Source of the DNA: a virus
Taxonomy: Duplodnaviria; Caudoviricetes
Virus record (IMG/VR): IMGVR_UViG_3300044624_001881
Coordinates: 293 to 64,292 of that record
Length of the DNA: 64,000 nucleotides
Strand: one strand, 5' to 3'
Shown: piece after piece, positions 20,801 to 28,513 of the stretch
Layout of the letters: each line of letters starts with the position of its first letter
How positions within the stretch are numbered: the stretch's first letter is position 1
Made by a program: the position numbers and the translations under genes
Notes under the pieces: model-generated
Told to the model about the DNA's origin: nothing
Seen by the model: only the letters and a program-made list of their open reading frames with translations
Databases searched by the model: none

Positions 20801-21963
20801 CAGCTGGTTCTGGTAACCAAGGTACATTCGGTATTCAGGGCCCACAAGGTCCAAATGGTCCTCAAGGTATATCTGGAGAAGGCAACCAAGGTACACAAGG
20901 TTTCCAAGGAGCTGCTGGTATCGGTGACGAAGGTCTTCAAGGTGTTCAAGGCTTCCGTGGTTTCCAAGGTATTACCGGTAGTTTTGGTGGAATTGGTTTA
21001 CAGGGTACAAGAGGTTTCCAAGGTTATTATGGATTCCAAGGCGCTACTGGACTTGGTGTTCAGGGTATTCAAGGTAGACGTGGTGTTCAAGGTGACCTTG
21101 GTGTTCAAGGTTTCCCAGGTGCTGGTGCACAGGGTATTCAAGGTTTCCAAGGTACTGCAGGTATTCAAGGTGGCTTTGGTTATCAGGGTACACAAGGTAT
21201 GCAGGGCTTTGGTAACGAAGGATCTGTTAAGAACCTACAAAACATCCACACTTCGAATCTTCAAACAACTGCGATGTTTATCACGTTTGTTGAAGGTGGC
21301 GCTACTGAAAGACCACTTCTCGCTACTCTTGGTCCAAACCCAGGAGGAGAAAGTAACTTCTATTATACCGGAGCTGCTGACGAGTTAAGTGTAGAAAACA
21401 TTAACGTAGGTGGAAACATTACTGTTGGAGGTACTGTATCTGCAGCTGGTATTTCTGGTATAACAGACGATCTAGTCATACCTGCTGATGTGGCCGTAGC
21501 TTACGACAATAGCGAACTTGTTAGAATGTTCTATGAAGGAGCAACTACTAGATTCACTATCGATACTGATATTTCAGTGGTAAGTAGTATTAGAATTGAC
21601 AACAAAACTTCTGGCGCAGCAATATTTACATTCAACGTAGCTACCGGTGAATTTATTGCAACCGGTGATGTTACTACAAACTCTGACGCTCGTCTAAAAG
21701 AAAACGTGATTAATATTGATAACGCTCTAGATAAAGTTATGAATATGAGAGGCGTTTACTTTAATAAGATCGATAATCCAGATGTTAGAAAAATTGGTCT
21801 TATCGCTCAAGAAGTAGAATCTGTAATCCCAGAAGCAGTTTCCACTGACAGCGAAGGAGATAAGATTAAGAGTGTTGCATATGGCAGCTTAATTGGTCTT
21901 CTCATCGAGGCAATTAAAGATCTGAATGAAAAAGTTGATCACATCAAGGACTTCAAGGTTTAA
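17875..21963 (+). CDS. Collagen-like (Gly-X-Gln) fibre protein with C-terminal peptidase S74-like chaperone (1362 aa)
   Basis: Long GIQ/GFQ/GVQ/GTR triplet runs interrupted by three related globular domains. C-terminal 'SDARLKENV..IGLIAQEVE..P..V..SVAYG.LIGLLIEAIKDL'. Confidence 0.85.
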   Translation: MPFRSLGGSRIIGSGVPQPTPITLDPAPYLGSLVYGQDGRVYASNGTAWVDIGSGAVGPQGIQGTTGVQGLQGDYGPGFTIVGSVANVDTGGDPQATLNTAFPTASIGDGVIDETDDELWVYVGSSVWVNIGSFRGVQGFTGIQGIQGNQGTIGEEGIQGSRGFRGNQGIQGFQGTTGIQGTQGIQGFQGPQGTRGLQGVQGTRGIQGFRGIQGTRGLQGVQGDQGLQGDTGIQGIAGDFGGLSYDFTYSNVTTDADPGTGNVRFSSTNLASSGLVMYIDDQDDGGVQVTDGIMTELAGVAGSVKGYMKIVNGANIYDQATFRIDSNLVDATGYWKVDVTLINGVTSFTNGTDFRISFVRNGEQGIQGPRGFQGVQGTRGIQGNTGIQGDQGLQGIQGPRGIQGTRGIQGIQGPRGFQGVQGTRGIQGNTGIQGEQGLQGDTGIQGTTGIQGSRGVQGLLGDTGSQGTQGFQGTRGIQGVQGVAGSYGGAAFEYNYSPDITPTAPASGVLKLNSSTVTSATIIRLSDTDAFGSNIETFLRTLDLSSSALKAYIKVTSIQNPQNFLLYSLNSLTEASTSFNFSVTYLSKSPAADAAYFTTNPDIVVSFTVTGDQGVQGFQGFQGATGIQGDLGIQGPTGAGTQGIQGIQGDLGFQGVQGFPGPIGPQGIQGVEGSQGTGGLQGSTGGFGGITFDYTWSTNTVATDPGVGFLKVNNALVPSATALYIDDRDDNFVDIQPFLRTIDDSTSPIKGHFKITAKADPADFAIFSINSLVENAGYFTVSCSHVSGTETASFPNNYDVTITFSRTGDIGPAGPQGTRGIQGFTGIQGNNGEGAQGIQGPRGPQGTRGSQGTAGFVGGSGIQGFRGFQGFQGIQGLAGNDGQEGSQGAQGIIGPQGVQGESGAQGVQGERGLDGTGAAGIQGFRGFQGFTGAGIQGLQGIQGNLGFQGANGSGNQGTRGPQGFIGDDGFQGVQGPAGSGNQGTFGIQGPQGPNGPQGISGEGNQGTQGFQGAAGIGDEGLQGVQGFRGFQGITGSFGGIGLQGTRGFQGYYGFQGATGLGVQGIQGRRGVQGDLGVQGFPGAGAQGIQGFQGTAGIQGGFGYQGTQGMQGFGNEGSVKNLQNIHTSNLQTTAMFITFVEGGATERPLLATLGPNPGGESNFYYTGAADELSVENINVGGNITVGGTVSAAGISGITDDLVIPADVAVAYDNSELVRMFYEGATTRFTIDTDISVVSSIRIDNKTSGAAIFTFNVATGEFIATGDVTTNSDARLKENVINIDNALDKVMNMRGVYFNKIDNPDVRKIGLIAQEVESVIPEAVSTDSEGDKIKSVAYGSLIGLLIEAIKDLNEKVDHIKDFKV
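18277..21210 (+). repeat. Collagen-type Gly-X-Y coding repeats (ggtattcaa/caaggt)
   Basis: Several blocks of imperfect 9-bp-period repeats encoding G-X-Q triplets. Confidence 0.85.
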
Positions 21964-21990
21964 TGATTTAGATCTAGTATGAATCAAAAT

Positions 21991-22020
21991 GGGGAGCGCT
22001 TTAGTGCTCCCTTATTTTTT
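21991..22020 (+). terminator. Intrinsic (rho-independent) terminator
   Basis: GGGAGCGC-TTTA-GTGCTCCC hairpin followed by TTATTTTTT, just after the collagen-fibre stop. Confidence 0.8.
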
Positions 22021-22036
22021 GTTCAGTTTTACCTAT

Positions 22037-22044
22037 TATAAATA
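22037..22044 (+). promoter_or_regulatory. T4-type late promoter (TATAAATA)
   Basis: Exact TATAAATA 25 nt upstream of the 22070 start. Confidence 0.8.
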
Positions 22045-22069
22045 AAGATAAAATAAGAAGAGATTTAAA

Positions 22070-22396
22070 ATGGGATCAAGAGCAAATATTTACATAGACC
22101 AAGGCGGCGATTTTAGAATTACTGTTGAACTCTTTGATGAGAACGATTTAGATCTTCCTATTAGTTCTTACAATTTTTATGCAGATATGAAAAAGATGTA
22201 CTCTTCAAAAAGAGCCGCAGAATTCGAAATACAAAAATCAAACAATGACATCACTCTTGTGCTATCATCAGATATTACTGCTACTTTGACTCCTGGAAAA
22301 TACGAGTACGATGTCCTAATGAGAAAGCCTACTGGAGAGATGTCCAAAATCGTTGAAGGGCTAGCGTTCGTTATTCCAACCGTTACGGAGGTATAA
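22070..22396 (+). CDS. Small conserved T4-like virion/fibre adaptor protein (108 aa)
   Basis: Pattern 'ANIYIDQG.DF...L.L....TA.L.PGKYEYDV....KIVEG...V.PTVT', common in T4-like phage structural regions. Confidence 0.7.
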   Translation: MGSRANIYIDQGGDFRITVELFDENDLDLPISSYNFYADMKKMYSSKRAAEFEIQKSNNDITLVLSSDITATLTPGKYEYDVLMRKPTGEMSKIVEGLAFVIPTVTEV

Positions 22397-25300
22397 TGAG
22401 CATTAAAGTCAGAGTCGGCCAAACACAAAACGTAAGAATTGTAGCGGCTGGAGAAAAAAGACCCGTTATTGTTCCGGATTCAGTTGTTCTCGGATTAGAT
22501 ACTATTGGAAATTATATTAGCCGCATCGATGGTGGTGCTGGGATTATCGTATTTCCAGAAGATAATATTGAAACAGCGAATATAGTAATTTCTCATGCGA
22601 GTACTTCTTCTGAAGTAAGCTCTAATAATAATGTATTAACATTCTTTAGAAATATAGACATAGATCAATTTGGTCATGTCACATCATTCTATAATACATC
22701 ATTTAATCCAAGTAACTTCTTAGCTAATTCTTCTGTAATTTCAACTCAAGATATTATATTCGGCAATACAGCTATTACACTTGGTGATAGCGTATCAGAT
22801 CTTACTGGTTTTAATCTATTAAGCGCTGTTAGTTTAGATGTTCAAAATATAACAAATAGCGCTAATACGTCTATAGACTTTAATGAGCAAAGATTATCTA
22901 ATGTTCTAGAACCTATAGACTCAAGAGACGTAGTTAACAAAGCTTGGCTTGATTTTGAGCTTGATAGAATTCAAGAAACAGTAAAAGTTGTTGCTGATCC
23001 AATTGCGCCAACCGACGCTGCAAATAAAAGATACGTAGATAATTTAGTTCAAGGTCTTCGTGTAAGACCATCGGCCCTTGCAGCTACAACTGCTGATCTT
23101 GGTGCTACATTTAACGTTGGTAACACAACATTTGCATCAACACTTACAATTTCTCCGAGAGCTTTCCTTTATGTTGATGATGTTACAGCTTGGGAAGTTG
23201 GGTCAAATCTTCTTGTAAAAGATCAAATAAATCCAATTCAAAATGGTAGCTACGATCTTATTCAAAAAGGTAGTGCTAACACCGAATGGGTATTTCAGAG
23301 AAGTTTCTGGTCTAATGAAAATGCAGAAGTTCCTGGTTCATATGAGTTTGTAACTGATGGTACAGAAAATGCTGGAACCGGTTGGGTTATAACTGTAGCA
23401 GATGCTTCTACATTTGTATTAAACACAGATGCTATTAATTGGGTTCAATTCCAAGGTGAAGGAACTTTCACTGCTGGAACAGGTTTAACTCTTAACGGAA
23501 CACAATTTAACGTTAACGAGACTCAAACATTCTCTCAGATTAATCCAGCGAATACTGTTCTTACAGTTTCTGGTTCTGGGGCTCTAAGACTTCCTCTTGG
23601 AAATTCTTCATCGCGACCAGTAGCTTCTGCTGGTATGGTTCGTTTTAATTCTCAAGACGGACAATTTGAAGGGTACGATGGTATCGCTTGGGCTGGTCTT
23701 GGTGGCGTAATTGACGTAGACCAAGATACAAAAATACTTGCAGAAAATAGTCCTGGTGCCGATAACGATCAACTTAAATTCTATGCTGGTGGTAATTTAG
23801 TAGCTACTTTCGGCGTAAGCAGCGTCTTGTTACAAAGCAATGTAATCATCGGTGATACTTCAGCCGATAAAATAATTGTTAATGGTAATTTTACAAGTAA
23901 TCTTATTCCTGACGCTGACAGAACTTATAGTCTTGGTTCTGAAGGTAAAAATTGGAATAAAGTATATACAGATTCTATAAGAAGTTCTGATGAAGTAGTT
24001 ACACTCGATGTAACTGGTGCGCTTCAGCTACCTTCAGCAAACACATCTTTAAGACCTGTTGGGTCTGGTGGTATGCTTCGCTTCAATAGTGAAGACCAAA
24101 GATTTGAAGGTTATGATGGCACACAATGGGCAGGCCTTGCTGGTTCTGTAATTGACTTAGACAGAAATACTTACATTATTGCTGAGACTTCTGCTGGTGC
24201 AAACAACAACGATCTTGACTTCTGGACCGATGGTGTACATCGTATGCAGATTGATCAAGCTGGTGCTTTAAGATATGGTAGTAATCTTGATAAGCTTATA
24301 ATCTATTATAACACTGGTGAAATTGTTGTCAACGGAAAAGTGTCGTCTGAAGATATTTTATTCCTTGATTCTAACAATTATATCAGTGCTAGCAATAATA
24401 CAATCGGTGACGTAGCAGATCCTGTAAATCAGGGTGATGTTGTTACTCTACGTTATCTTGAGAACACTTTCGAATCAAAGCTCGTAATAGTAGATAATGC
24501 TAACACATATACTACAGATATCGATCTTCTTCAGGGACCAACTCTGAAGATTGGTCGTGGTCTTGAGATAGAAGAAATCTCTTCTGCAAACAACTCGTTT
24601 AAGATTGGTCTTGATGCGCCAATGGCTGGCTCAACAGGCATATATGGTAATGATAACTTCGTTCCTCGTATTAGAATTACTGAAGACGGTCGTATTGATT
24701 TTGCTACAGAAATTCCTATTGAACTTGTTGCTAACGCTATTCCTGACTTTACAGAAACATCACGTGATATTATTGGTCTTATGTTTACAAGCGGTGTCCA
24801 CGAGGGCATTATCGTTGTAAACGACGACGCTAATGATAGAATGAATCTTCTAGCTAGAAACTTCAATATTTCTCTAGGTGGTGCTCTTTCTGGCAGTGCT
24901 GAAGTTAATCGTCTTTCAAACACTACAATTAACGCTGCTATTACTGCTAATTATGTTGGAAATATTGGAACTTCTGCAAACAGCGGAATCATAGTTTCAT
25001 ATACACCAGCTCCTGATGCAAACGCTTCTATAACATTAGATTTTGCTCAATTAAACAACGTCTATCTGCCGTTAACTGGAGGCACACTAACTGGAGACAT
25101 TAGAGCTCCTCGATTTGTAGACTCTGCTAATACTCAATTTTTCGTAGACCCGGCTGGTACTTCGAGAATTAACTCTGTTACAGTTGGTTTTGGACAATCA
25201 TTCTCACAAATAGATATGAAAGATGGAGCTTCGTCTTCTTCTTTCCTTTACGCTACTGGCGGTAAGATTGGTTTCCTTGATAATACATTTAACTTTGCGT

Positions 25301-26232
25301 CTTATTCAGAAAGATCTACCGGTGACTGGTATGTTCCTAATGGTGACGTAAGAGCAGAAAGATTTATTGACCACGACGCTCCGACTTATCTGTTACACCC
25401 AGGTGGAACTGGTACTTACTTACATTCTGTTGAAGTTCAAAATACATTGCAAGGTGGTAATATTGCCATCAACACAAATACAATTTCTTCGACAACCGGC
25501 GGTATTATTATTAATTCGGCGAATGGCGTAATCAATGTAAGTAATGATAGAATTGAAAATCTAGCAGATCCAGTAAACGTCCAAGACGCTGCAACGAAAG
25601 CATATGTTGATGCGGTAGCTCAAGGACTAAGAGTTATTCCTTCTGCTCTTGCTGCAACTACTACAGATCTGGGCGCTACTTATAATAACTTGGCTGGAAC
25701 ACTTACAATACCAGCAACAGCAACTCTCAATATTGATGGCGTAACTACGTGGTCTCTCGGAAGTAGATTGCTTGTTAAGAATCAAGGAAGCGCAATTCAA
25801 AACGGTTCTTATGAACTTACACAAGTTGGTAATGGATCTACTACTTGGATATTCACTCGTGGATCATATTTTAATCAGACATCTGAGATTCCTGGTGCGT
25901 TCCAATTCGTAACAGACGGTACACAAAATAGAAGTACTGGCTGGGTTGCAACAGTAACTGACGCTGAAACATTTGTTCTCGGTACTAATGATATCGTTTG
26001 GTATCAATTCTCTGGTGCTGGTACATACACAGCTGGAACCGGTTTAACGCTTGACGGAGTAGAATTCTCAATCACAAGTCCACAGTTTACTCTTATTGGA
26101 GAATCTGGGGCAAACACTGATATATCATTAGGTGGAACACTTACAATCGAAGGCACAGCCGGAGTAAATACTACGATCTCTGCCGGAAAAGTTTCTATCG
26201 CTGTTGATGAATTAGATGGCGGAACATTCTAA
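22396..26232 (+). CDS. Tail fibre-like structural protein (1278 aa)
   Basis: 'DAANKRYVD/DAATKAYVD' fibre motifs, duplicated 'LP.GN...RP....GM.RFNS....FEGYDG..W' modules, C-terminal 'LDGGTF'. Confidence 0.75.
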   Translation: MSIKVRVGQTQNVRIVAAGEKRPVIVPDSVVLGLDTIGNYISRIDGGAGIIVFPEDNIETANIVISHASTSSEVSSNNNVLTFFRNIDIDQFGHVTSFYNTSFNPSNFLANSSVISTQDIIFGNTAITLGDSVSDLTGFNLLSAVSLDVQNITNSANTSIDFNEQRLSNVLEPIDSRDVVNKAWLDFELDRIQETVKVVADPIAPTDAANKRYVDNLVQGLRVRPSALAATTADLGATFNVGNTTFASTLTISPRAFLYVDDVTAWEVGSNLLVKDQINPIQNGSYDLIQKGSANTEWVFQRSFWSNENAEVPGSYEFVTDGTENAGTGWVITVADASTFVLNTDAINWVQFQGEGTFTAGTGLTLNGTQFNVNETQTFSQINPANTVLTVSGSGALRLPLGNSSSRPVASAGMVRFNSQDGQFEGYDGIAWAGLGGVIDVDQDTKILAENSPGADNDQLKFYAGGNLVATFGVSSVLLQSNVIIGDTSADKIIVNGNFTSNLIPDADRTYSLGSEGKNWNKVYTDSIRSSDEVVTLDVTGALQLPSANTSLRPVGSGGMLRFNSEDQRFEGYDGTQWAGLAGSVIDLDRNTYIIAETSAGANNNDLDFWTDGVHRMQIDQAGALRYGSNLDKLIIYYNTGEIVVNGKVSSEDILFLDSNNYISASNNTIGDVADPVNQGDVVTLRYLENTFESKLVIVDNANTYTTDIDLLQGPTLKIGRGLEIEEISSANNSFKIGLDAPMAGSTGIYGNDNFVPRIRITEDGRIDFATEIPIELVANAIPDFTETSRDIIGLMFTSGVHEGIIVVNDDANDRMNLLARNFNISLGGALSGSAEVNRLSNTTINAAITANYVGNIGTSANSGIIVSYTPAPDANASITLDFAQLNNVYLPLTGGTLTGDIRAPRFVDSANTQFFVDPAGTSRINSVTVGFGQSFSQIDMKDGASSSSFLYATGGKIGFLDNTFNFASYSERSTGDWYVPNGDVRAERFIDHDAPTYLLHPGGTGTYLHSVEVQNTLQGGNIAINTNTISSTTGGIIINSANGVINVSNDRIENLADPVNVQDAATKAYVDAVAQGLRVIPSALAATTTDLGATYNNLAGTLTIPATATLNIDGVTTWSLGSRLLVKNQGSAIQNGSYELTQVGNGSTTWIFTRGSYFNQTSEIPGAFQFVTDGTQNRSTGWVATVTDAETFVLGTNDIVWYQFSGAGTYTAGTGLTLDGVEFSITSPQFTLIGESGANTDISLGGTLTIEGTAGVNTTISAGKVSIAVDELDGGTF

Positions 26233-26263
26233 CCTTTATAGGTTTTAAAGAGAGGACATAGAT

Positions 26264-28474
26264 ATGTCAACAACAATTAAGCTGCGCAGAAGCGCAGTTC
26301 CTGGACGTGTACCTACTACGTCACAGTTAGAACTCGGCGAAATTGCAATCAACACCGCCGACGGTAAATTATATTTCAAAAGATACGACCCAGGTTCAAA
26401 CACTGAATCTATCGTTGATATGTCCGCAGATCTTAACGCAAACGCAATTCTTGATCTTATCAAAGGAGTTGACGGCGCTAACTCTGGTTTAGACGCTGAC
26501 CTTCTTGATGGCCAACATGGAAGTTATTACTTAGATTATAATAACTTCGTTAACGTTCCTCCAGCGTCATTCGATCTTACATTAACCGGTAAAGTAACTG
26601 GTACTGCGTTTTCAAACACCGGCGTAATGACTCTTGCAACCGAGCTAGCGAACACTGGAGTGACCGCTGGTGAGTATGGTTCTGCTTCCTTAGTACCAAT
26701 CATTACTATAGATGAGGATGGCCGTATCACTTCTGCGAACACTGTGTCGGTGGCTGGTGTTGATAATACTTACTGGACAGTTGCTAACAATACATTCACT
26801 ATAGAAACTGCTGATGGCGGAGCCTATAATACTGTAATTGAAGATTTTACTGATATCACAGTAAATGATCTAACTGCAAACAACATCATAGTAAATGGAT
26901 TAGTCGATGGCCGTGACATTGCAGCAGACGGTGCAAAGCTCGATTTACTTGAAGATGGTTTAGATCTTACATTAACTGGAAAAGTTACAGGTTTTGCATC
27001 TTCTAACACTGGTGTAATGACTCTAGAAACAGAACTTGCGAATACTGGCGTTACAGCTGGCACATATGGTTCTTCTACTGCAATTCCTGTTATTACTGTT
27101 GATGAAGATGGTAGATTAACTTCTGCAAATACAACACCGGTTGCAGGGGTGGACGATTTTACATACTCAGCTGCAAATAATACGATTACCTTAGAAACTG
27201 GTGATGGTTCTGTATTTAATGTTAAAACTGAAACAATTGTTGGATTAACCGGTAAAGTTACTGGAACTGCGACTTCATCTTCTGGTTCTTTAAGCATAAC
27301 TACAGAACTTGCAAACACCGGTGTCACAGCTGGCACATATGGTTCTTCTACTGCAATTCCGATTATTACTATTGATGAAGACGGTCGTATTACATTAGCA
27401 AATACAGCTTCTGTTGCCGGTGTTGATGATTTTTTCTGGACTTCATCGAATAATACTCTCATTCTACAAACTGGAGATGGAAGTTCTTATTTAGTTCCAA
27501 TAGAAACATTTACAGACATTGAAGTAAATGATCTCACTGCTAACAACATTATAGTTTCTGGACTCGTAGATGGCCGTGATGTTTCTGCTGATGGTTCTAA
27601 ACTCGATGGAATTGAATCAGGAGCAACAGCAGATCAGACAGCGTCTGAGATTCTATCATTACTTCTTACTGTAGATGGTGCAGGAACTGGTTTAGATGCA
27701 GATTTGCTTGACGGTCAACATGCTAGTGATATCATTGCTGCTGCTTCGTCTGCTGCAGCAGCGAATGTTGGAAATGGAAACGTGCAAATTTCAAGTGGTT
27801 CGGGACTTACCGGTTCTGGATCGTTTAATCTTAATGATTTTTCTAACACTACTATTACACTTTCACACGCAGATACTTCTTCTGTCACAGATGTAAACAA
27901 TAGTAATGGAAATGTAATTCAAGATATTACTTTTGATACGTTCGGCCACGTATTAACTATCGGATCTGTTGATTTAGACGGTAGATATTATACAGAAACT
28001 GAAATAGATGCTAATTTCTACACTAAAACTCAATTAGACGCCGGTCAACTCGATAACAGATACTATACTGAGACCGAATCTGATAGTAGATTTGTAAATA
28101 CAGCTGGCGATACTATGACCGGCGAGTTGACTGTTAATGCTTTGATTTCTCAAGAGCATTCATCATTTGTTTCAGCAACTTCTACAAAAACTTCTACTTC
28201 GCAAAGTGTTCTTTATGCGTTTCCATTTGCTACGTATAGTGCAGCAGAAGTGATTATTACAGCCAACCAAAGTACTAATAGACATGTTACAAAGCTATTA
28301 ATAACTCATGACGGAACTACTGCGATCGCAACAGAATATGGTACAGTCTTTACAAATGCCGAATTGGCTTCATACAACATAACAATTTCAGCCTCTGTAT
28401 TGCAAATTCTAGTGACACCAGCTTCAGCAAGTTCAACAACATTTAAGATAGTTGGTACTCTTATTAAAGTATAA
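26264..28474 (+). CDS. Tail fibre protein (736 aa)
   Basis: N-terminal 'IKLRRSAVPGRVPTTSQLELGEIAINTADGKLYFK' fibre-attachment-type domain, two 'GLDADLLDGQH' motifs, three 'ELANTGVTAG.YGS...IP.IT.DEDGR.T.AN' repeats, 'RYYTETE' repeats. AGAGGA RBS. Confidence 0.8.
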   Translation: MSTTIKLRRSAVPGRVPTTSQLELGEIAINTADGKLYFKRYDPGSNTESIVDMSADLNANAILDLIKGVDGANSGLDADLLDGQHGSYYLDYNNFVNVPPASFDLTLTGKVTGTAFSNTGVMTLATELANTGVTAGEYGSASLVPIITIDEDGRITSANTVSVAGVDNTYWTVANNTFTIETADGGAYNTVIEDFTDITVNDLTANNIIVNGLVDGRDIAADGAKLDLLEDGLDLTLTGKVTGFASSNTGVMTLETELANTGVTAGTYGSSTAIPVITVDEDGRLTSANTTPVAGVDDFTYSAANNTITLETGDGSVFNVKTETIVGLTGKVTGTATSSSGSLSITTELANTGVTAGTYGSSTAIPIITIDEDGRITLANTASVAGVDDFFWTSSNNTLILQTGDGSSYLVPIETFTDIEVNDLTANNIIVSGLVDGRDVSADGSKLDGIESGATADQTASEILSLLLTVDGAGTGLDADLLDGQHASDIIAAASSAAAANVGNGNVQISSGSGLTGSGSFNLNDFSNTTITLSHADTSSVTDVNNSNGNVIQDITFDTFGHVLTIGSVDLDGRYYTETEIDANFYTKTQLDAGQLDNRYYTETESDSRFVNTAGDTMTGELTVNALISQEHSSFVSATSTKTSTSQSVLYAFPFATYSAAEVIITANQSTNRHVTKLLITHDGTTAIATEYGTVFTNAELASYNITISASVLQILVTPASASSTTFKIVGTLIKV

Positions 28475-28477
28475 ATA
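28470..28477 (+). promoter_or_regulatory. T4-type late promoter (TATAAATA) overlapping the upstream stop codon
   Basis: Exact TATAAATA, 36 nt before the GTG start at 28514. Confidence 0.75.
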
Positions 28478-28513
28478 ACATAAAATAAGAAGCCAATCTG
28501 GGGAGAGTGAACC

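Noticed and set aside
18271-21388. Many alternative-frame and antisense ORFs (Val/Phe/Lys-rich or Leu/Asn/Thr-rich) in the collagen gene
   Set aside because: They are shadows of the stop-poor 9-bp Gly-X-Gln repeat, with no RBS or independent coding signal.
17875-21963. Collagen fibre as substrate of the 2OG-Fe(II) oxygenases (prolyl 4-hydroxylation)
   Set aside because: Pro is scarce and falls mostly in the X position (GPQ, GPR), not the Y position used by collagen prolyl 4-hydroxylases.
26536-27900. Antisense ORFs up to 212 aa opposite the 736-aa fibre (and similar short ones opposite other structural genes)
   Set aside because: They are in-register antisense shadows of repetitive Thr/Gly/Asn-rich coding sequence.
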